Virus record (IMG/VR): IMGVR_UViG_3300028666_000024
Location: 1 to 64,000 of that record
From: a virus
Lineage: Duplodnaviria > Heunggongvirae > Uroviricota > Caudoviricetes
DNA: 64,000 bases
Strand: one strand, 5' to 3'
Shown here: piece by piece, positions 36,022 through 44,630 of the stretch
Position numbering within the stretch: position 1 is the first letter of the stretch
How the letters are laid out: each line of letters starts with the position of its first letter
The notes under the pieces: generated by a model
Databases searched by the model: none
What the model saw: only the letters and a program-made list of their open reading frames with translations
What the model was told of the DNA's origin: nothing
Position numbers and translations under genes: made by a program

Positions 36022-36612
36022 TTAAGGCTTTCGAGGAGTCTTCGGCCTTGTTGGTTCAGTCCTTCGGACAATATTTTTATTTTGTTTTGGAACTTCAACA
36101 GGTTTTTTAGGATTAATTGTTATAGTCGGTGCATTATCCTGTGCTAAATAATTCTTTGCTATAGTATATAGATGTTTGCACAAAAATAGTTTTCCCATAG
36201 GATTTGTGATTTTTGTCCATTGCCTGTTATGGGTTTTAATCTCTGCACTTCTTCTGGCAGCATCCTGAGCATACTTTGGTTCAAGATTGAAGGTAGCTAA
36301 CCCCTTCTTCACGAACGGAGCGTAGAGGCGTGTGTAGAAGTCTAAACAGTCACAATAGACCTGATAGATTTTTAAATTTTTAGGATCATATAAAACATAT
36401 CCTTTGTGTGGTTGATCCACATCAGGTTCAGTATGTTCTATGGATCTGGTAGAAAATTCAATCTTATCCAGTTTCATTTTCTTACCTTCAATTTCAAAGA
36501 TCTGATTTCTAACTTGTCGAATTTTCATACCTCTAATAGTTCTGCCGGGATCTGTGTTCCTTAAAAGACTATCCCGCGCAACCCATTCAACTAAAAATTC
36601 AACAAAATTCAT
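36022..36612 (-). CDS. SWIM zinc-finger protein (196 aa)
   Basis: CxCxnCxH: YCDCLDF....LCKHLY. Confidence 0.5.
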   Translation of the reverse strand: MNFVEFLVEWVARDSLLRNTDPGRTIRGMKIRQVRNQIFEIEGKKMKLDKIEFSTRSIEHTEPDVDQPHKGYVLYDPKNLKIYQVYCDCLDFYTRLYAPFVKKGLATFNLEPKYAQDAARRSAEIKTHNRQWTKITNPMGKLFLCKHLYTIAKNYLAQDNAPTITINPKKPVEVPKQNKNIVRRTEPTRPKTPRKP

Positions 36613-36772
36613 TTAAAACTCCGATTCAAAAGGCTTCAAAAGTATTTATAATGCTTGCAGAATTCTTCTGAAATAAGTTTTTAAATACTCCTTGCATATT
36701 CAATCGGCAGGAATTATATTAACAATGTTTCAAAACAATATTTAAAATAATTCTCAATCTTGAAAATAGTTC

Positions 36773-36802
36773 TTGACTTCGATATTTTCAATGAAGTATT
36801 TT
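36773..36802 (+). promoter_or_regulatory. sigma70-like promoter TTGACT-N18-TATTTT
   Basis: Upstream of the 36848 gene. Confidence 0.4.
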
Positions 36803-36847
36803 AAAACTGTTTCAAACACTTTCAAACAATCTTTGTGAGGAGGATCT

Positions 36848-37465
36848 ATGAAATACCGTTGCACTTTTATTGAAGAATGTTTGGGGACTCTTGCCAACGA
36901 TCCCAAAATAACAGAACTTTATATTGCGTCTCTGGCACCGGATGCAATAAGTCGGGAAGAGGAAGTTGCTGCTATTGGTGTTGATGCAGTTGTTAAAAAA
37001 GCAATGACTGTTTTTCCAAGAGAGAATGGAAGAATTTTCATATGGGATTATCAAATCAAGGGGATGTTCAAGGGTGCATGTGGAGCACTGCGCAAGAGTG
37101 ATGGTGATTATCTCTCAAAGGAAGTTACCGCTCATAAACAACTTATCAACCAACTTATTTTTCCCAAACCTCGAAAAATCTTTATTAATATTCCCGAAGG
37201 GTTGAGTATCGGAAACTGCCAACGGCCTCTTCGTGGACAAACTGCACAAGGAGAAACAATCTCTCTTGCAAATTCAGAAACTGTTCCTGCCGGTTCTTTT
37301 TTTGAATTCACAGTTAAAAGTTATACAACCGAATATGAATCCAAGAAAAAGAAACTCAATGTCAAAACTCTGGTTGAGGAGTGGTTGTCCTACGTTGAAG
37401 ATAGTGGGTTCCTTCAATGGCGGAATGCAGGAAAGGGAAGATTTGTTTGGGAAGAAATAAAGTAG
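36848..37465 (+). CDS. hypothetical protein (205 aa)
   Basis: ORF with a GAGGAGGA RBS. Confidence 0.55.
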   Translation: MKYRCTFIEECLGTLANDPKITELYIASLAPDAISREEEVAAIGVDAVVKKAMTVFPRENGRIFIWDYQIKGMFKGACGALRKSDGDYLSKEVTAHKQLINQLIFPKPRKIFINIPEGLSIGNCQRPLRGQTAQGETISLANSETVPAGSFFEFTVKSYTTEYESKKKKLNVKTLVEEWLSYVEDSGFLQWRNAGKGRFVWEEIK

Positions 37466-37492
37466 TACAACCGGCACGATGTTTGTGCATAC

Positions 37493-37814
37493 TGTGATGG
37501 TTAAGTGATGTCAAGTGAAGTGTTGGTGAGGTAGAGGGTAGTGAGGTGATGGTAAGGTAACGTGAAGTATAGTGGAGTATAGTGATGGTTAAGTGCAGTA
37601 ATGTTTAGTCTAGTAATGGTAAAGTGCAGTAATGTTTAGTTTAGTAATGGTATGGTGAAGTTATGTTTAGTTTAGTAATGGTAAGGTGACGTGATGTTTA
37701 GTAGTGGTAAAGTAATGTACTGTGGTGTTTAGTTTAGTAATGGTAAGGTGACGTGATGTTTAGTAGTGGTAAAGTAATGTACTGTGGTGTTTAGTAATGG
37801 TGTGGTGAAGTGTT
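37493..37814 (+). repeat. Cytosine-depleted G/T/A-only tandem array, ~31-bp period (gtttagtttagtaatggtaaggtgacgtgat and variants), ~10 units
   Basis: Only ~9 C in ~320 nt of the plus strand; units repeated, the last two pairs near-identical. Confidence 0.85.
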
Positions 37815-37869
37815 CAAACACTTTTCAAAGGAGTTTATGATGCATATCCTGTAGTTTAACAATCTAACT

Positions 37870-37952
37870 GGCCGGATGGTGGAAAGGTAGACACAAGGGA
37901 CTTAAAATCCCTCGGAAGCAATTCTGTGAGAGTTCAAATCTCTCTTCGGCCA
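37870..37952 (+). tRNA. tRNA-Leu (TAA), type II
   Basis: Acceptor GGCCGGA/TTCGGCC, D GTG/CAC with GG loop, anticodon stem AGGGA/TCCCT, loop CTTAAAA, long variable arm, T-arm GAGAG-TTCAAAT-CTCTC. Confidence 0.7.
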
Positions 37953-38083
37953 CTTTCAAACTTCTTTCAAAGAAAACTTTAAAATGCCTGAAATTCTTTT
38001 AAAAATAAATTGTAAAGAACAAACATGCAGTCTGTGTGATTGGTTTGATTATACTTGTTTAAAATCACAAAAGGAGATTTCAA

Positions 38084-38419
38084 ATGAAAATTCTAATTCT
38101 TGAAGACAGTTTGGAAAGAGTTAAAAAGTTCCGAGAAAAATTCATCGGTCATGAAGTTGTGGTAACTGAGTTTTCAAAAGAATGTATCAAACTTCTTTCT
38201 GAAAATACATATGATGCAATCTTTCTTGACCATGATCTTGGTGGAGCAATAATGGTTTCATCTGGAGAAAATACAGGATATGAGGTTGCTGAATGGTTAT
38301 CTAAAAATCCTGTATATCAACCAAGAACAATCATTATCCATTCGTTTAATCCTTCGGGTGCTAAAAATATGAAGGCAGTATTATCTAACGCAATAATCAA
38401 TCCGGGAGCATGGTTGTGA
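38084..38419 (+). CDS. stand-alone CheY-like receiver (REC)-domain protein (111 aa)
   Basis: ILILEDS ... AIFLDHDLGG ... IIIHSFN pattern matches the REC fold acidic pocket; AAGGAG RBS. Confidence 0.45.
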   Translation: MKILILEDSLERVKKFREKFIGHEVVVTEFSKECIKLLSENTYDAIFLDHDLGGAIMVSSGENTGYEVAEWLSKNPVYQPRTIIIHSFNPSGAKNMKAVLSNAIINPGAWL

Positions 38420-38907
38420 TATTTTGTAATGATAAAATCAAATTCCGCTCAGAAGAACTTGCTCTGAACTATGCGGAAATGATGAAGAGAAAAGGAATCT
38501 TCATTCATCCATATCATTGTGCTATTCATAACTGTTGGCATCTCGGTCACGCTCAAAAAGAATTTAAAAGTATTGATGAAAGAATTCATAATATTTTTAA
38601 ACTTATAAATAACGACTTAACGGAAAATCGTTCCTTTATAAGAATGAAAAATTTACTTAATAATATTTTCAAGAGAATTGATTTAAAAGAAATTCCAAGA
38701 TTTGCAATCGATATTAATAAAAACTTTACAATTAAATGGAATAAGTCTTTTTATTTCAATGCTTATGTTCCCGGTAATCCAAATCAAAAAATCAATTTCA
38801 GTTATGGAAAGTTAAACGAATCTCATCATAAATATGGAGCGGGAGCATCTGATAGACAAGTAGCGGAAATTCTTATTAACAATTTGAAAAGGGATGGTGT
38901 TATATGA
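38410..38907 (+). CDS. hypothetical protein (165 aa)
   Basis: ORF, overlaps its neighbours by 8-10 nt. Confidence 0.5.
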   Translation: MVVIFCNDKIKFRSEELALNYAEMMKRKGIFIHPYHCAIHNCWHLGHAQKEFKSIDERIHNIFKLINNDLTENRSFIRMKNLLNNIFKRIDLKEIPRFAIDINKNFTIKWNKSFYFNAYVPGNPNQKINFSYGKLNESHHKYGAGASDRQVAEILINNLKRDGVI

Positions 38908-39149
38908 CAATTTTAAAATCTGACATTGAAAAGAAATTAACTGAGAAAGAGGAACAGGAATTCAAAGAGTTAGAAAAGAGTATTGATGAATTTTTGTATG
39001 AAAATTATGTTGGTAATTTTTTATTGTACTATCCCGATAAACCTATCAACTTAAAACTTCAACGTAAAATAGTTGATAAATATAGCGCCGCTGGATGGAA
39101 AGTAAGGTTTGGTACTCATATGGATGGAATTTTTGTAATATTTTCTTAA
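38904..39149 (+). CDS. hypothetical protein (81 aa)
   Basis: ORF. Confidence 0.5.
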   Translation: MTILKSDIEKKLTEKEEQEFKELEKSIDEFLYENYVGNFLLYYPDKPINLKLQRKIVDKYSAAGWKVRFGTHMDGIFVIFS

Positions 39150-39164
39150 CAAGGAGATTTCAAA

Positions 39165-40340
39165 ATGATTGTTAAATATGAACAAGGTTTACAAAGAATT
39201 CCTATTAAAAGATGGTTGGAAGATGTTGAAGATTCTGCATGGCAACAAGCTTTAAATCTTTCAAACCTTCCCTTTACCTTCAGTCACATTGCCCTCATGC
39301 CCGACTGTCACAGCGGATATGGAATGCCTATTGGTGGAGTTATGGCAACCAAAGGAGTTATTGTTCCTAATGCTGTAGGTGTAGATGTTGGTTGTGGTAT
39401 GTGTGCTGTCAAGACTCCTTGGAAAATAGAAGAGATTGACAAAGTAGTTCTCAAAAAGATTATGGGCATCATTAGAAAAGTTATCCCTGTTGGTTTTAAT
39501 AAACATAAAGAACCACAAAACAAAAAATATATGCCTGACCCCTTCTGTTCTCTTGTTGTAGAAAAAGAATATGATAACGCTCTATGTAGTCTCGGAACGC
39601 TCGGTGGGGGCAATCACTTCCTAGAAATTCAGAAAGATACTGAAGGTTTTGTTTGGATAATGATTCACTCAGGTAGTCGTAATCTCGGAAAGAAAGTTGC
39701 TGAATATTATAACAAACTTGCTATAATTCTCAATGAAAAATATCATTCTAGTGTTCCTACAAACTTTCAACTTGCTTTCCTTCCAATGGATACTAATATT
39801 GGAATGGACTACGAGATGGATATGAATTTTTGTGTTGAGTTTGCATTGAAGAATCGTATGCTCATGATAGAAAGAATAGCAGAAACCTTTGACAAAGTTA
39901 TGAGTTCAAATAAAATTGATTTGTCTCAGGTGATTAACATTGCACACAACTATGCCCGGATGGAACACCACTTCGGGGAAAATGTTATGGTTCATCGAAA
40001 AGGAGCAACATCTGCCCGTAAGGATGAAATTGGAATCATTCCCGGTTCTCAAGGTTCTAAATCTTACATTGTAAAAGGTTTAGGAAATGTTCAAAGTTTT
40101 ACAAGTTGTTCTCATGGTGCCGGAAGAAAAATGTCAAGAAAATCCGCTTCCGAAAATCTTAACCTCGAAGAAGAAATTAAAAAACTTGATGACCAAGGAA
40201 TCATTCATAGTATCAGACATAAAAATGATCTTGATGAAGCAGATGGAGCATATAAAGATATCAAAACCGTTATGGAAAATCAATCTGACCTTGTTGAAAT
40301 TGTAACAGAACTATCACCATTAGCAGTTGTGAAAGGATAA
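39165..40340 (+). CDS. rtcB: RtcB RNA ligase (3'-phosphate/5'-hydroxyl)
   Basis: Metal-site His/Cys pattern; C-terminal SCSHGAGR (GMP-His site); 391 aa. Confidence 0.85.
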   Translation: MIVKYEQGLQRIPIKRWLEDVEDSAWQQALNLSNLPFTFSHIALMPDCHSGYGMPIGGVMATKGVIVPNAVGVDVGCGMCAVKTPWKIEEIDKVVLKKIMGIIRKVIPVGFNKHKEPQNKKYMPDPFCSLVVEKEYDNALCSLGTLGGGNHFLEIQKDTEGFVWIMIHSGSRNLGKKVAEYYNKLAIILNEKYHSSVPTNFQLAFLPMDTNIGMDYEMDMNFCVEFALKNRMLMIERIAETFDKVMSSNKIDLSQVINIAHNYARMEHHFGENVMVHRKGATSARKDEIGIIPGSQGSKSYIVKGLGNVQSFTSCSHGAGRKMSRKSASENLNLEEEIKKLDDQGIIHSIRHKNDLDEADGAYKDIKTVMENQSDLVEIVTELSPLAVVKG

Positions 40341-40344
40341 CTCA

Positions 40345-41109
40345 ATGTGTAAATCTGCCTCTTTCATCGTAACTCAGAATGATGTTTTATTTTCCAAATA
40401 TTCTGATAGTCATGAGGATATCATATCGGAAAATAAATTGAATGACGAAACAAATACACCTGATTTTGTTCGAATAGAAATTTTTCCAAAGGATAATGAT
40501 TATCGAACTCCTATGGAGAATTGGATATTTAAAACAGATCAGGATTTTCTGCCGGAATGGTTTAATATCAAAGAAGCAGAAATCGCCTGTCGAGATAAAA
40601 TAAACGAATGGGCGAAAACTCATATCATTCGAAAAGATACAAGAATTCCGACTGAGTTCACCAAACTAAATTTGATTATTTTATCCGGTAATGTGAAAAT
40701 CGATACAGTGTCTGGTGGAGATGTCTGGAGTTATAATAAATCCAAACTGACAATCAATACATTATCTGGTGGATATGTCCTGAGTTATGATACCTCCAAT
40801 GTGACAATCGATACAGTGTCTGGTGGAGATGTTAGGAGTTGTGATACCTCCAAACTGACAATCAATACAGTGTCTAGTGGAGATGTCCGGAGTTATGATA
40901 CCTCCAAACTGACAATCAATACATTATCTAGTGGAGTTGTCCAGAGTCGTGATACCTCCAAACTAACAATCAATACAGTGTCTGGTGCTGGTGGATATGT
41001 CTGGAGTTATAATACCTCCAAACTAACAATCGATACATTATCTGGTGGATATGTTATGAGTCGTGATACCTCCAAACTAACAATCAAAAATGATAAGAGG
41101 AGTAAATAA
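40345..41109 (+). CDS. paralog family member 4 (7 repeats; starts MCKSASF)
   Basis: Conserved AAAGGATAACTCA-ATG upstream. Confidence 0.8.
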   Translation: MCKSASFIVTQNDVLFSKYSDSHEDIISENKLNDETNTPDFVRIEIFPKDNDYRTPMENWIFKTDQDFLPEWFNIKEAEIACRDKINEWAKTHIIRKDTRIPTEFTKLNLIILSGNVKIDTVSGGDVWSYNKSKLTINTLSGGYVLSYDTSNVTIDTVSGGDVRSCDTSKLTINTVSSGDVRSYDTSKLTINTLSSGVVQSRDTSKLTINTVSGAGGYVWSYNTSKLTIDTLSGGYVMSRDTSKLTIKNDKRSK

Positions 41110-41437
41110 ATGAGACAATCTCTTTATTGGGATAATTTTAATAAACGAGCAATTGAAACTGCCGACTGTATAAAGAATGGGAAAAAATACCAGTCCGGAG
41201 AGTTTCTTGTTTCATAACAAACTTCATGATATTCGGAAGTGAATCAATTGATTTCACGTGTGTTTCTGCCATCAGGAGAGATGTTTGGATGTAGTCATTT
41301 AATTAGGGATGGTATAATGGTTCCTCCGGGTGAAATGTCAAAAGAATGCCTCTATGGATGTAACAGGAGACTTGTTAGTTTCAACGAAGAGGTTTCAAGA
41401 CTGTTGAAAATTTAAAATAGATTTTAAAAGAAAATAT

Positions 41438-41466
41438 TTGACTTCTTTCCCGGCATGAATTATATT
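41438..41466 (+). promoter_or_regulatory. sigma70-like promoter TTGACT-N17-TATATT with CCCGGCATG in the spacer
   Basis: ttgact tctttcccggcatgaat tatatt. Confidence 0.5.
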
Positions 41467-41502
41467 TTGAATGTAGGAAGAATTTGAAACAATTATCAAA
41501 GG

Positions 41503-41733
41503 ATGGAAGATATGGCAATAGATTCGAGTCTCAATCGTATCACAACGGAATGGATTGGAGATACCCTGAAAATAACAACGAATAAGTTTTCTCCGGCAAT
41601 TCATAGCACGGCTGAAAATATGATTGGGGATATCTGCAAGGATGTTGGTCAGGGTAATCCTGTTAGTCGGCAGCATAAGGCAGGAGTCCCGGCACATACT
41701 CACACACACGATGGGATTACACACTCACATTAA
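41503..41733 (+). CDS. small protein with His-rich C-terminus (HTHTHDGITHSH)
   Basis: Preceded by a promoter and RBS on the plus strand. Confidence 0.5.
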   Translation: MEDMAIDSSLNRITTEWIGDTLKITTNKFSPAIHSTAENMIGDICKDVGQGNPVSRQHKAGVPAHTHTHDGITHSH

Positions 41734-41745
41734 TCAGGAGAAGTT

Positions 41746-42285
41746 ATGAAAGTTCTCTATTATCTGATTGTAACCATCGACATCTTTACTGACAACGAAA
41801 CAATTCTCTCTGTCAAACCTGATTGGTTGAAGAATAGAAAAACTTTCAAAGTCACGGAAGACACCGGGGACGAGCAGATTAAAAAACATCGGAAGTATGT
41901 CGGGGAAGTTGATGCTCTGACACTTGCAAAGATTTGGGAAGATGGTTGGGAGACTTGTCAAACGATGGGTTCAATTTCCGAGATGGGATTCCTACCGGCT
42001 GTTGCTTGGGATTACACCGGGGATTATTACAACATCAATATCTATGTCAGTCCTAACCCAAGTCTTTCACCCGAAGAATTTAAAATCTATAACAACCTTT
42101 CCAAAGAAGAAAAGGAAATTAAAAATAATATTATCAATAATGAGATTTCAAAGATTTTGAAACTTCTTGATAAAGAAGATTTTAAATCAACTTCTGAAAA
42201 TGAAGATGGAGAAGAAATTTCAAATTACCCTTCAGAAGTTTCAGTATCGATGGAACAATGTGAACTCATCCTCAAACAAACGTGA
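41746..42285 (+). CDS. hypothetical acidic protein (179 aa)
   Basis: ORF. Confidence 0.5.
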   Translation: MKVLYYLIVTIDIFTDNETILSVKPDWLKNRKTFKVTEDTGDEQIKKHRKYVGEVDALTLAKIWEDGWETCQTMGSISEMGFLPAVAWDYTGDYYNINIYVSPNPSLSPEEFKIYNNLSKEEKEIKNNIINNEISKILKLLDKEDFKSTSENEDGEEISNYPSEVSVSMEQCELILKQT

Positions 42286-42292
42286 GGTTATT

Positions 42293-42604
42293 ATGGAAAA
42301 TGTAAAACCCAAAAGTGACAAAATTCCAAGAGTGAGTATGAAAGATTTCTTGGAAAAGTTTGAACCGGAAATCAGACCTGCTATTCTTGATGTACGGAAA
42401 AGGGATGGTGTTGCTGGTGTCGCTGGATTGAAATGTGAAGTTATGAATTCATCACGTTTTGGACTACTCACGGCCCTGATATATGGTCCGGGTTGCACAT
42501 TCAAAACTCTGGAAGAAATGACTGAGCGCAATGGAGGTGTTTACATTACTGGTCTTCCGAGTTCAGCAAGTTTTGTTTATTTCTATACGGAAGATAAGGA
42601 GTAA
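42293..42604 (+). CDS. hypothetical protein (~104 aa)
   Basis: GAGG RBS before the internal ATG. Confidence 0.45.
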   Translation: MENVKPKSDKIPRVSMKDFLEKFEPEIRPAILDVRKRDGVAGVAGLKCEVMNSSRFGLLTALIYGPGCTFKTLEEMTERNGGVYITGLPSSASFVYFYTEDKE

Positions 42605-42605
42605 T

Positions 42606-42672
42606 ATTCATAACGGCCCCTATGTCCGGAGTTGTGATACCTCCAAACTGACAATCAAAAATGATAAAAGGA
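42606..42672 (+). pseudogene. orphan 3' fragment of a family gene (last repeat plus KNDKR codons) fused upstream of member 5
   Basis: tatgtccggagttgtgatacctccaaactgacaatcaaaaatgataaaagg matches the family C-terminal coding sequence. Confidence 0.6.
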
Positions 42673-42679
42673 TAACTCA

Positions 42680-43501
42680 ATGTGTAACTCAGCCTCGTTC
42701 ATCGTAACTCAAAATGATGTTTTCTTTTCCAAATATTCCGATAGTCATGAAGATATCATATCGGAAAATAAATTGAATGACAAAACAGATACACCTGATT
42801 TTGTTCGAATAGAAATCTCTCCAAAGGATAATGATTATCGAACTCCTATAGAGAGTTGGATATTTAAAACAGATCAGGATTTTCTGCCGGAATGGTTTAA
42901 TATCCAAGAAGCAGAAATCGCCTGTCGAGATAAAATAAACGAATGGGCGAAAACTCATATCATTCGAAAAGATACAAAAATTCCGGCTGAGTTCACCAAA
43001 TTGAATTTGATTATTTTATCCGGTAATGTGACAATCGATACATTATCTGATGGATGTGTCCAGAGTTATGAGACCACCAAACTGACAATCAATACATTAT
43101 CTGGTGGAGATGTCCGGAGTTATGATACCACCAAACTGACAATCAATACAGTGTCTAGTGGAGATGTCCGGAGTTATAATACCTCCAAAGTGACAATCAA
43201 TACAGTGTCTAGTGGATATGTCCGGAGTTATGATACCTCCAAAGTGACAATCAATACATTATCTGGTGGAGATGTCCGGAGTCATCATACCTCCAATGTG
43301 ACAATCGATAAAATGTCTGGTGGAGATGTCTGGAGTTATAATAAATCCAAAGTGACAATCGATAAAATGTCTGGTGGAGATGTCTGGAGTTATAATAAAT
43401 CCAAAGTGACAATCGATACAGTGTTTGGTGGAGATGTCCAGAGTCGTGATACCTCCAAACTGACAATCAAAAATGATAAAAGGATAACTCAAAATGTGTA
43501 A
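42680..43501 (+). CDS. paralog family member 5 (8 repeats); C-terminus reads through into the next copy's RBS region
   Basis: Ends KNDKRITQNV, overlapping the start of member 6. Confidence 0.8.
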   Translation: MCNSASFIVTQNDVFFSKYSDSHEDIISENKLNDKTDTPDFVRIEISPKDNDYRTPIESWIFKTDQDFLPEWFNIQEAEIACRDKINEWAKTHIIRKDTKIPAEFTKLNLIILSGNVTIDTLSDGCVQSYETTKLTINTLSGGDVRSYDTTKLTINTVSSGDVRSYNTSKVTINTVSSGYVRSYDTSKVTINTLSGGDVRSHHTSNVTIDKMSGGDVWSYNKSKVTIDKMSGGDVWSYNKSKVTIDTVFGGDVQSRDTSKLTIKNDKRITQNV

Positions 43502-44306
43502 CTCAGCCTCTTTCATCGTAACTCAAAATGATGTTTTGTTTTCCAAATATTCAGATAGTCATGAAGATATCATATCGGAAAATAAATTGAATGACAAAAC
43601 AAAGAAACCGGATTTTGTTCGAATAGAAATTTCTCCAAAGGATAATGATTATCGAACTCCTATGGAGAATTGGATATTTAAAACAGATCAGGATTTTCTG
43701 CCGGAATGGTTTAATATCCAAGAAGCAGAAATCGCCTGTCGAGATAAAATAAACGAATGGGCGAAAACTCATATCATTCGAAAAGATACAAGAATTCCGA
43801 CTGAGTTCACCAAACTAAATTTGATTATTTTATCCGGTAATGTGACAATCGATACAGTGTCTGCTGGATATGTCCGGAGTTATAATACCTCCAAAATAAC
43901 AATCAATACATTATCTGGTGGATATGTCCTGAGTTATGATACCTCCAATGTGACAATCGATACAGTGTCTGGTGGAGATGTTAGGAGTTGTGATACCTCC
44001 AATGTGACAATCGATACAGTGTCTGGTGGAGATGTTAGGAGTTGTGATACCTCCAAACTGACAATCAATACAGTGTCTGGTGGAGATGTTAGGAGTTGTG
44101 ATACCTCCAAACTGACAATCGATAAAATGTCTGGTGGATATGTCTGGAGTTTTGATACCTCCAAAGTGACAATCGATACAGTGTCTGGTGGATATGTCCG
44201 GAGTTATCATACATCCAATGTGACAATCGATACAGTGTCTGGTGGAGATGTTTGGAGTTTAAATACCTCCAAACTGACAATCAAAAATGATAAGAGGAGT
44301 AAATAA
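43494..44306 (+). CDS. paralog family member 6 (8 repeats)
   Basis: Tandem with member 5. Confidence 0.8.
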   Translation: MCNSASFIVTQNDVLFSKYSDSHEDIISENKLNDKTKKPDFVRIEISPKDNDYRTPMENWIFKTDQDFLPEWFNIQEAEIACRDKINEWAKTHIIRKDTRIPTEFTKLNLIILSGNVTIDTVSAGYVRSYNTSKITINTLSGGYVLSYDTSNVTIDTVSGGDVRSCDTSNVTIDTVSGGDVRSCDTSKLTINTVSGGDVRSCDTSKLTIDKMSGGYVWSFDTSKVTIDTVSGGYVRSYHTSNVTIDTVSGGDVWSLNTSKLTIKNDKRSK

Positions 44307-44570
44307 ACTACAGACTATTTATCAACCTTTAATCTTTCAAATCTTTTCAAAGGAGTTTTCAAATGAGTATCGGTCTTGGTGGAATTCTGTTTGTTGTTTT
44401 TTTGATTCTGAAGTTGGTGTAATTTCATGTTCATGGTGGTTTGTGTTTATGCCGCTTTATGCAGGATTTGTGTTAGCAATCTTATTTTGGATTTTTGCAC
44501 TATGTCTTACAGGAATAGCAGAGGTATTGTTTCCTAGGAAGTGGTAGAAAGTCTTTCAAACAATTTTAAA

Positions 44571-44617
44571 AGAAAAGCTTGATAAGTATTGTAAACCTTA
44601 TCAAGCTTTCTTTATTT
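44571..44617. terminator. Bidirectional intrinsic terminator hairpin (gaaaagcttgataag / cttatcaagctttc)
   Basis: 15-bp stem, with T-runs on both sides, between convergent genes. Confidence 0.6.
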
Positions 44618-44630
44618 TAAAACTAATTAA

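Noticed and set aside
41395-41724. 109-aa minus-strand ORF overlapping the His-rich gene
   Set aside because: The promoter and RBS support the plus-strand gene 41503-41733.
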